From: an uncultured bacterium
GTDB lineage: Bacteria; UBP4; UBA4092
Length of the DNA: 20,000 nucleotides
NCBI GenBank assembly: GCA_964644695.1
Contig: CAZXWN010000015.1
Location: 46,724 to 66,723, forward strand
Direction of reading: 5' to 3'
Shown: piece after piece, positions 8,826-16,370 of the stretch
How the letters are laid out: each line of letters begins with the position of its first letter
Position numbering within the stretch: position 1 is the first letter of the stretch
Translations under genes and position numbers: made by a program
Notes under the pieces: generated by a model
Database searches by the model: none
Told to the model about the DNA's origin: nothing
What the model saw: only the letters and a program-made list of their open reading frames with translations

Positions 8826-10013
8826 TTAACTGTATATCAAAAAGGGTTTTCGGATCTCTTTGAACTGTTCACTGTCATGTACCCACTCATTCCAAACCGT
8901 CTCTATGGACACTCCGGAAGAAATAGCTGTTCGGACCCGGTCTGAACCTAACAGATTATCAATGAAAAACCGTTCATACTTGATCCATTCAAAATCATTA
9001 CTAAATAAATGATTAAGGGCATATAGGACATGAAGTCCTGTCAGTGTGGGGATAAATTGATTGCGGTCTAAGACATGAACCTGGATTCCATGACAAACCT
9101 TCTTTTCGTTTTTACTATAAAACGGCGTGAAGAAGGTATGGCGAAACTTCATGCCTGGAAGATTTTTCTCATTAAGATAATCGGTCAACAAATCCGCATC
9201 AATATAAGGAGCACCGACCCACTCAAAGGGTCGGACTGTGCCTCGGCCTTCAGAGAGATTCGTTCCTTCAATAAAACACATTCCGGGAAAAACAATTGCT
9301 GTTTCAAGAGTGGCAAAGTTGGGAGAGGGTGGGATCCAGGCAAGCCCCGTCTGGTCATACCACATGGAACGAGACCAATCCTTCATCGGAATAATGACCA
9401 GGTTTTCCCCGTTATAGTCTCCACTGACACCGGCGATATATTCCTTCATACCCAGGTTGAATTGGGCATTATAAAATCTGGCTAATTCCCCCTGTGTGAG
9501 GCCATAGCGGATAGGAATAGGACTGTATCCGACAAATGTTCGAAAGTTCATATCCAGAATACTACCTTCTATCTGATTCCCATTGATAGGATTTGGCCGG
9601 TCTAATACAATAAAAGTCTTATTTTCCTCAATGCAGGCCTCAGCTGTATCCAGCAGAGTTGAAATGAACGTGTAAAACCGAGCTCCGGAATCCTGCATGT
9701 CAATAATAACGACATCAACATGAGATAGCATCTCAGGGGAAGGTTTATGGTTATTTCCATAGAGAGAAAAAACAGGTATCCCTGTCTTTGCATCGGTGTA
9801 GGAATCGATCGATTCCCCTTCCTTTGCGGCGGCTCTGAATCCATGTTCCGGAGCAAAAATGGCAGTCAAATTGACCTTAGCGTTGACAAGCGCATCGACA
9901 TTTTGGATCAGGTCTCTTGTAACCCCACTGGGATTGGTAATGATTCCCACCCTTTTCCCTTCAACAATACTAAGATAAGAATTTAATAATTGTTCTAAAC
10001 CGGTCGTAACCAT
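8826..10013 (-). CDS. namZ: Exo-beta-N-acetylmuramidase NamZ family (DUF1343/YbbC)
   Basis: FAPEHG, SLYG, DMQDSGARFYT, LDRPNP, PIRYGLT-GELA, WIPPSPN and EGTNLSEGRGT motifs; AAGGAG SD. Confidence 0.9.
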   Translation of the reverse strand: MVTTGLEQLLNSYLSIVEGKRVGIITNPSGVTRDLIQNVDALVNAKVNLTAIFAPEHGFRAAAKEGESIDSYTDAKTGIPVFSLYGNNHKPSPEMLSHVDVVIIDMQDSGARFYTFISTLLDTAEACIEENKTFIVLDRPNPINGNQIEGSILDMNFRTFVGYSPIPIRYGLTQGELARFYNAQFNLGMKEYIAGVSGDYNGENLVIIPMKDWSRSMWYDQTGLAWIPPSPNFATLETAIVFPGMCFIEGTNLSEGRGTVRPFEWVGAPYIDADLLTDYLNEKNLPGMKFRHTFFTPFYSKNEKKVCHGIQVHVLDRNQFIPTLTGLHVLYALNHLFSNDFEWIKYERFFIDNLLGSDRVRTAISSGVSIETVWNEWVHDSEQFKEIRKPFLIYS

Positions 10014-10056
10014 GTTATCTCCTTATTTCGAAAGAGTGTTCATTAAAAACTCCATC

Positions 10057-10065
10057 ATTCTATCA
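10057..10065 (-). promoter_or_regulatory. Extended -10 element (TGnTAGAAT) upstream of namZ
   Basis: Minus strand reads TGATAGAAT about 44 nt upstream of the start codon. Confidence 0.45.
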
Positions 10066-10216
10066 AATCTTGCAAGTCTGTATCAGATAGTCGTCCATAC
10101 GCCGTTCGGGGCTTTAATATTCCCTGTTTTTTTTTGGTAAAAAAGCTGGCAGGGCTTGTCAAAGATGCGAAAATGTGTTATTTGTTTTACAACCTTAAAA
10201 TATGGGGGTAAGAATC

Positions 10217-10756
10217 ATGTTGTTTGGACCTAAGGTAAGGTTATTGGTGGTGCTTCCTCTTTCAGACTTCGATGAAGAGGAATACAGGGAGATATTAAGG
10301 GCCTGTAAAGAGGTAAAAATCGGCGTGGAGATCGCCGCATCTCAGGGGCAAACCTGTGTGGGTTCAGGGGGGACCCGGGTCAAACCTCACACATCGCTGG
10401 ATCGTGTGGATATGACTCGGTATGGTGGTTTGGCTTTTGTTGGAGGGTTGGGTGTCAGGGACTATTTCAATAATTTGTTATGCCATCAGTTGGTACGCCA
10501 GGCCTTGCAGATGAAGATGGTGGTCGGGGCTATTGATTATGGACCGATGATTTTAGCTCGAGCGGAGGTGTTACGGAATCGCCGGGCTACAGTCCATCCC
10601 ACGGAAGAAACCCATTTTGTTGCAACAGGGAGTATTTATGAGAATGCTCCGACGGTGATTGATGGGCAGCTCATTACTGCACAGGACCATCACGCGTCCC
10701 GTGAATTTGCGGATGTGATGGCGGGTGCAGTCTTAAAAACCAGCGTTTTAAAATAA
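10217..10756 (+). CDS. DJ-1/PfpI family protein with atypical active site (Cys to Asp)
   Basis: DFDEEEY, FVGGLG, GAIDYGPMILA (family consensus AIC-x-G/A-P), RRATVH and VIDGQLITA. Start is 10217 or 10202. Confidence 0.85.
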   Translation: MLFGPKVRLLVVLPLSDFDEEEYREILRACKEVKIGVEIAASQGQTCVGSGGTRVKPHTSLDRVDMTRYGGLAFVGGLGVRDYFNNLLCHQLVRQALQMKMVVGAIDYGPMILARAEVLRNRRATVHPTEETHFVATGSIYENAPTVIDGQLITAQDHHASREFADVMAGAVLKTSVLK

Positions 10757-10772
10757 TCTGAATTCGATTTGT

Positions 10773-10811
10773 AAGAGTTACTCAGGTATTAATTCCTGGG
10801 TAACTCTTTTT
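10773..10811 (+). terminator. Intrinsic terminator after the DJ-1/PfpI gene
   Basis: AAGAGTTACTCAGG (10773-10786) / CCTGGGTAACTCTT (10795-10808) followed by Ts. Confidence 0.8.
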
Positions 10812-10892
10812 ATTTAGAGTATCCGGGAAACTTTTATTTTTTCAATTTGTTATCATTAATAATGAAATAGATATCATTTTTAAATGTGAGTT

Positions 10893-11708
10893 ATGTCTAT
10901 GTTGAAAGATGTACAGAGTGAAATTGATGTCCGTGGACTGGCCATAGATCAGGTCGGTGTCAAAGGTGTGCGTTACCCCATTGTTGTTTTAGATAAGAAA
11001 AATGTGAAACAACATACCGTGGCGACGATTAATATGTATGTAAATCTACCGCGTGAGTTTCGCGGCACGCACATGAGCCGATTCATAGAAGTATTGGAAG
11101 CTCACCGGGGTGAAATTGCGATTGGACGGATTGAAGCCATCCTGATTGAAATGAAAAGTAAACTCAAAGCCAAGGATTCATTTATTGAGATTGAGTTTCC
11201 CTATTTCATTGAAAAGAAGGCGCCTGTTACCAAAGCTAAATCCCTCATGGAATACCAGTGCAAATTTATCGGAAAACATAACAGTAATATTGAGTTGTTG
11301 ATTGAACTCAAGATACCTGTATCGACATTATGTCCCTGTTCAAAATCTATCAGTGACCGGGGAGCTCATAATCAGCGCGGGATAGTGAAGGTGACCTATG
11401 AGTCCCGGGAACTGATCTGGTTGGAAGATATAATTCATGCGGTGGAAGGTTGTGCCAGCAGTGAACTCTATACACTTCTGAAACGACCGGATGAAAGATA
11501 TGTCACCGAATATGCCTATGATCATCCGACCTTTGTAGAAGATGTGGTCAGGAATGCGGCGACTGCATTGTCCAAATTTGAGGGAATTGATTGGTTCCAG
11601 GTAGAGGCTGAGAACTTTGAGTCGATCCATAACCATAACGCATACGCCATGATTTATACCCACAGTTCAAAGAAAAAAGATATTGCTGAACCCGAATCCA
11701 CAAAATAA
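10893..11708 (+). CDS. folE2: GTP cyclohydrolase FolE2 (type IB)
   Basis: DVQ, RGTHMSRF, TLCPCSK, GAHNQR, LLKRPDE, FVEDVVR and ESIHNHNAYA motifs. Confidence 0.96.
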   Translation: MSMLKDVQSEIDVRGLAIDQVGVKGVRYPIVVLDKKNVKQHTVATINMYVNLPREFRGTHMSRFIEVLEAHRGEIAIGRIEAILIEMKSKLKAKDSFIEIEFPYFIEKKAPVTKAKSLMEYQCKFIGKHNSNIELLIELKIPVSTLCPCSKSISDRGAHNQRGIVKVTYESRELIWLEDIIHAVEGCASSELYTLLKRPDERYVTEYAYDHPTFVEDVVRNAATALSKFEGIDWFQVEAENFESIHNHNAYAMIYTHSSKKKDIAEPESTK

Positions 11709-11723
11709 CAGTGAGCAAATCAG

Positions 11724-11754
11724 ATAACGGTTATTGTTCAACAATAGCCGTTAT
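11724..11754. terminator. Hairpin between the convergent folE2 and RACo-like genes (probable terminator)
   Basis: ATAACGGTTATTGTT-C-AACAATAGCCGTTAT, overlapping the stop codon of the minus-strand gene. Confidence 0.7.
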
Positions 11755-13391
11755 TTTATATCCAGGGGTTTGAACTGAGCCCCATCAACAAACAAATCAA
11801 AGAAGTCTTCTTCCTGTTCTAATTCGATATGTTCAATTTTTCGGACAAGATCCTCGACTTCCTGCCGTTTGTTCTGATTCAATAATACCTGTCGTGCACC
11901 TTCCAATGCGGCATTCCCGATTTTCTTGATCCGGTCAAGAGGGAACGGAGGAATCAATCCTATTTCAATAGCATGTTCTGGGTCGATATACCAGGCAAAT
12001 CCACCCGCCAGATAGAAAGTATGGATATCTGACAGATGAAGTCCATATCTTCTTAACAGGATCTTTTGTCCGGCAATATTGGCTGATTTGGCCTGAGCAA
12101 GCTCAGAGATATCCGCACGGGAAAAGGTGATTCCTCGATCTTTTACGACCATGAAATAGTTACTGCCATCATGGAAACGGCCTAACTCATCCATCAACGC
12201 GTTACTTTTGAGCTCAGCCAGAAGGTCAATCAATCCCGAACCGCAGAGGCCATAAGGTTTTCCCTCGCCGATAACATGATAATGTACCTGACCCTCTTTG
12301 ATGGAAACCTTCTCAATCGCACCTTCCACGCCAGACATTCCATAGGTAATTTTCCCGCCTTCAAAGGCCGGACCGGCTGGGCATGATGCGGCAATGATGC
12401 GGTCCTTATTCCCCAAGATAACTTCTGTGTTTGTTCCAATATCGATCATCATCAGGGGTTTGTCACTTTTATCTATCCCCAGTGTGAGAGCGACAGCGGC
12501 CGTATCTGCGCCAACATGACAACCAATCAAGGGCAGGCCATACACCTTTCCCTGAGGATGAATGAATAAGCGAAGGTCTTTAGCGGTCCGCAGGAGGGAT
12601 GTGGAAGAAATAACTCCATCTTCAAAATCATATTGAGTAAGGGATTTATAAGGACTGACTCCGATGGTCTCGACATCTAATCCAAAGAAGATGTCCCGCA
12701 TGGTGGCATTACCCGCCAGAACTACCTCATAGATTTGTCTTCGGTTCACCGGGAATTTACGGATCTCCTGATTCAGAAATGAAATAATGGTGTCGTGTAA
12801 TCGACCTTGATGATCGGATTGATGGTCATAAGATATTCGGTGGAGGACATCGGAACCGCCATATTTCTGAGGATTCTCAAAAGAGGATACGGCTATCGTT
12901 TGTCCCGTTTCCAAATCCACCAGGTTGATGACAACGGTTGTTGTTCCCAAATCTATGGCTAACCCGTATAAATGGCCCTCATAAGAATCAATCAATTCCT
13001 GACCCCAATACACATCATCACCTTTACGATGGGTCAGGGGGGTCAATTCAACTTCGGCGATATTTCCCTGTTGGACGATTTGTAATGAGCCCTTGAAAGT
13101 CTGGCAATGAATATCAACATTATTCCAGGCCACTTTCGCCTGACAGGCCAGCCGGAAGTATTGTGGATTGGAATCCGATGACATAGGTTTCAGGAAAGAT
13201 TCTCTCTCCGTATAGGGAGAGAGGGCTTCTATTCCCTGTTTGATTTCGATGAGGCATTCCCGGCAAGTCCCGACTCTGCCGCAGGAGGAGGAAATATGTT
13301 TATAAGCGGACTCTGTCTGGTCCGCATGGTCAAAGAGAGTCTTTCCGGGTTGCAGGTCTAGTATTTCATCATTGATATAGAGTTTAGCCAT
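11751..13391 (-). CDS. RACo-like ATP-dependent reductive activator of corrinoid proteins (2Fe-2S ferredoxin plus ASKHA/DUF4445)
   Basis: N-terminal CGRVGTCREC...RLACQ 2Fe-2S motif; DLGTTT, NPQ..YGGSDVLHRI, AGNATM, VGADT, DIGTNTE, AGPAFEG, GLCGSG, LAGGF and GNAAL motifs. Confidence 0.9.
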   Translation of the reverse strand: MAKLYINDEILDLQPGKTLFDHADQTESAYKHISSSCGRVGTCRECLIEIKQGIEALSPYTERESFLKPMSSDSNPQYFRLACQAKVAWNNVDIHCQTFKGSLQIVQQGNIAEVELTPLTHRKGDDVYWGQELIDSYEGHLYGLAIDLGTTTVVINLVDLETGQTIAVSSFENPQKYGGSDVLHRISYDHQSDHQGRLHDTIISFLNQEIRKFPVNRRQIYEVVLAGNATMRDIFFGLDVETIGVSPYKSLTQYDFEDGVISSTSLLRTAKDLRLFIHPQGKVYGLPLIGCHVGADTAAVALTLGIDKSDKPLMMIDIGTNTEVILGNKDRIIAASCPAGPAFEGGKITYGMSGVEGAIEKVSIKEGQVHYHVIGEGKPYGLCGSGLIDLLAELKSNALMDELGRFHDGSNYFMVVKDRGITFSRADISELAQAKSANIAGQKILLRRYGLHLSDIHTFYLAGGFAWYIDPEHAIEIGLIPPFPLDRIKKIGNAALEGARQVLLNQNKRQEVEDLVRKIEHIELEQEEDFFDLFVDGAQFKPLDIK

Positions 13392-13482
13392 AATATGTGA
13401 AGGTCCGAATAAAAAACAGGGGATCCACCCTGTGATACAGATTCAATTTCTTTCCATTATATAGCAGGAGAGGATAGGGGCC

Positions 13483-13516
13483 CAAAATGAAACCGGTCCC
13501 GTTGATACGGAACCGG
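13483..13516 (-). terminator. Probable terminator of the 13541..13984 gene
   Basis: Minus strand CCGGTTCCGT-ATCA-ACGGGACCGG followed by TTTCATTTT. Confidence 0.6.
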
Positions 13517-13540
13517 CGATAAATCGTTATGAAGGAAGGA

Positions 13541-13984
13541 TTATCTTTTCTTGCTTGTTTTGGCGGCGGCAGGTTTGGAGTTGGTTTTAGGCCGGCTTTT
13601 CTCTAACCATTTTTGATGCCGAATATAGAGGGCTTCAAGCTGGCTGTATAATTTGGGATTCCCATGAGAAACTCTTTCCTGGGAGATCCATGAAGCCATC
13701 TTGGTCCAAATCAGAGGGAAATTGGGTGTCGTCGCTTGATAAAATAACTCTTCATTGATAAGACCCTGATTCACAAAAGTGGCGGCCATTTCCCAGTAAT
13801 TGCCCGTTAACTGGATATAATACTCTTCCTCTGACTCCGCTGGATATTTTCGTACCTTATCTTCCCAGCTATGGGCTTCGAATTGATTGATATACCATAA
13901 GGAAGCCTTACGATAGAGCGGATCATTCCGTAATGTGTAGAGCTGTAAGAGTAACTCGGCATCTTTTACTGTAGGTCGAGCCAT
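13541..13984 (-). CDS. Hypothetical protein, DUF4760-like
   Basis: AAGGAGG SD; DAELLLQLYTLR and YWEMAATFVNQGLINEELF resemble DUF4760-type proteins; basic low-complexity tail. Confidence 0.7.
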   Translation of the reverse strand: MARPTVKDAELLLQLYTLRNDPLYRKASLWYINQFEAHSWEDKVRKYPAESEEEYYIQLTGNYWEMAATFVNQGLINEELFYQATTPNFPLIWTKMASWISQERVSHGNPKLYSQLEALYIRHQKWLEKSRPKTNSKPAAAKTSKKR

Positions 13985-14124
13985 GGGCGTTATGCCCTCC
14001 TTCCGATTGGAATTGGAGTTTTTTTATCATCTATTAAATTTTGAAAGATTACCGTTTTTATGACTGTTGGACTTATCTCGTGCACCGGGATGGACCCCAT
14101 CAGTCCTTCCTGGTCCTTAAAATT

Positions 14125-14616
14125 CTAAAACTGAGAATGACCTTCTAAAGCTAAAAGCTGTTTTTTGATAGATAACCCGGCACTGAAACCACCCAATGAA
14201 CCCGTACCGGAGATGACTCGATGACAGGGAACGACAATCAAGAGGGGATTCCGGCCTACCGCCCCTCCAACCGCTCTGGATCCCTTCGGATTTTTGACGC
14301 GAGCGGCCAACTCACCATAAGAGACTGTTTCTCCAAAGGGTACTTTGATCAACTGATTCCAAACTCTCTGTTGGAACGGAGTTCCTTCGGACAAATCCAG
14401 TGGAAAATCAATTTGACCGGAACATCCCTTAAAATATTGTTTCAGCCATTTTATGACAGGTTTGAAATGGGAAGGTGAATGAATCCCTCTAAACTCTTGA
14501 TTTTGAGACGGTTGAGGAATATGCTGGAGTTTATTAACTCCTTTTCCCAAGTCTTCCAAGAGAAGGACTCCTATTGGACTCTCCCATATTTCATACCTTA
14601 TTTTGGCTGTTGTCAT
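14125..14616 (-). CDS. ogt: Methylated-DNA--protein-cysteine methyltransferase (Ogt/MGMT)
   Basis: GTPFQQRVW, GETVSYGELA, RAVGGA, NP, active-site PCHRV and K..LL.LE. Start ATG 14616 (MTTAK) is preferred over 14679. Confidence 0.93.
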   Translation of the reverse strand: MTTAKIRYEIWESPIGVLLLEDLGKGVNKLQHIPQPSQNQEFRGIHSPSHFKPVIKWLKQYFKGCSGQIDFPLDLSEGTPFQQRVWNQLIKVPFGETVSYGELAARVKNPKGSRAVGGAVGRNPLLIVVPCHRVISGTGSLGGFSAGLSIKKQLLALEGHSQF

Positions 14617-14785
14617 ATTATTCCCAAAAGTTGAGTGAATCGTATAACAAAATCTGAAAAAAAGCAAGAGGTACAGCAATTTATTGAATTCTTCTAACTT
14701 TTATTAAATCAAAGACTCACCCCTGTTTTAATTTAGGCCGATTTGGATTAATCTATTTATGGAAAGGAAATGGGACTCAAAACCA

Positions 14786-15505
14786 ATGAATATATTTGTT
14801 TTTATACCTACTTATAACGAAAAAGAGAACCTGGAACTGTTGGTGCGGGATATCCTGACCCGGAATCCAGAATTTAATATCCTCATTGTAGATGATTTAT
14901 CACCCGATGGGACGGGGGATATTGCAGACCTTCTGGCCCGTGAATATCAAAATCAAGTCTATGTCCTTCATCGTGAGGGGCCCCGGGGCAGGGGATGGGC
15001 AGGAATGGCGGGGTTCCAGGAAGCAGTTCGGCTGGGTGCGGATGCGGTTATTGAAATGGATGCTGATTTTTCACACCAGCCCCAATATTTAGGTGCTATT
15101 GCGAAAGCATTGGAGACCCACGATATCGTCATCGGGTCTCGGTATATTCCCCAGGGTGGAACGGAAGGATGGGGATTGAATCGGAAAATCAACAGTTGGG
15201 TGGCGAACCAGCTGGCAAAAAGAGTCTTGAATTTACCTTTTAAGGATAATACTTCCGGATATCGTGGATTCCGGAAAGAAATCCTCAATAAACTTCCCTG
15301 GGATACTTTCATCTCCCCCGGTCCCTCCATCTTACAGGAGATGTTGTATAACGCCCTTCCTCATAAACCGAAATCAGTGGAGATACCGATTATTTTTATT
15401 GACCGGACTCGGGGTGAATCGAAAATCTCCCTGAAAGTCATTTTGAAATGGATCCAATCCATGATACAGGTCAAGAAGAATCGTAAGAAATATTTGAATA
15501 AATAA
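14786..15505 (+). CDS. Polyprenol monophosphomannose synthase-like GT2 glycosyltransferase (Ppm1/DPM1 type)
   Basis: IPTYNEKEN, VDDLSPDGT, EMDADFSH, IGSRY, DNTSGYR and EIPIIFIDRTRGESK motifs. Start is 14786 or 14759. Confidence 0.9.
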   Translation: MNIFVFIPTYNEKENLELLVRDILTRNPEFNILIVDDLSPDGTGDIADLLAREYQNQVYVLHREGPRGRGWAGMAGFQEAVRLGADAVIEMDADFSHQPQYLGAIAKALETHDIVIGSRYIPQGGTEGWGLNRKINSWVANQLAKRVLNLPFKDNTSGYRGFRKEILNKLPWDTFISPGPSILQEMLYNALPHKPKSVEIPIIFIDRTRGESKISLKVILKWIQSMIQVKKNRKKYLNK

Positions 15506-15516
15506 TCTCAAAACAG

Positions 15517-15554
15517 AAAACAGGGAGGTCCATTAAGGACTTCCCTGTTTTTTT
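15517..15554. terminator. Bidirectional terminator between the GT2 gene and hisA
   Basis: AAAACAGGGAGGTCC-ATTAA-GGACTTCCCTGTTTTTTT. Confidence 0.85.
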
Positions 15555-15580
15555 ATTCTCAGGTTATAAGGGATGAATAC

Positions 15581-16327
15581 TTATCGGCGGCAATACTGGA
15601 CGACTTCTTTATAACTCAAATCTCCACCGAAGATATCCAGAGCGCTGCCGATGGTAACATGGAGTTTCCCACCGGAAATCTCCTTGAATTTATCCAGGTC
15701 TTCGAGTGAACGAACGCCGCCGGCGTATGTGGTGGGGATAGAAACCCATTGAGTCAGATGATGAACGAGTTCCTCCTGCATACCACTGCGTTTTCCTTCG
15801 ACATCCACCGCATGAATCAAAAACTCATCACAATAGTTTTCCATTTGACGGATGGATTCAGCATTTACCTCGAAATTACTGATCTTTGTCCATTTATCGG
15901 TAACGACAAACCACTTGTCATTACATTTCCGGCAGCTTAAATCAATGACGATCCGCTTTTTCCCTACGCGGTCAATAAGTGCCTGTAACCGATCCATATC
16001 CAGTAACCCATTATAAAAAATATAAGAAGTTACAATGATGTGTGAAGCTCCCGCCTCAAGATAATCGTTGGCATTATCAAGATGGATGCCGCCCCCCACC
16101 TGCAATCCTCCGGGATAAGCCTGTAACGCTTTGATCGCCGCCTGCTCATTCCCCTGGCCCAGCATGATGATATGTCCACCCTTCAATCCATCTTCTTTGA
16201 AGAGTTGTGCAAAATAGGTAGAGTCCTGGGTCGCAACAAAGTTTTCCACTAATTGTTTTCCCAGAGTACTGCCGACAATTTGTTTTACTTTCCCATCATG
16301 TAAATCAATACAAGGCCTGAATTCCAT
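15581..16327 (-). CDS. hisA: ProFAR isomerase HisA, eukaryote-type (His6-like) subfamily
   Basis: FRPCIDLHDGKVKQIVGSTL, GGHIIMLG, LQVGGGI, GASHIIVTSY, DLSCR, EFLIHAVDVEG, TYAGG and TIGSALDIFGG motifs. Confidence 0.92.
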   Translation of the reverse strand: MEFRPCIDLHDGKVKQIVGSTLGKQLVENFVATQDSTYFAQLFKEDGLKGGHIIMLGQGNEQAAIKALQAYPGGLQVGGGIHLDNANDYLEAGASHIIVTSYIFYNGLLDMDRLQALIDRVGKKRIVIDLSCRKCNDKWFVVTDKWTKISNFEVNAESIRQMENYCDEFLIHAVDVEGKRSGMQEELVHHLTQWVSIPTTYAGGVRSLEDLDKFKEISGGKLHVTIGSALDIFGGDLSYKEVVQYCRR

Positions 16328-16370
16328 TTTTTATATTCCTTAAAGAAAACTTTTATCTGATGATGAATGA

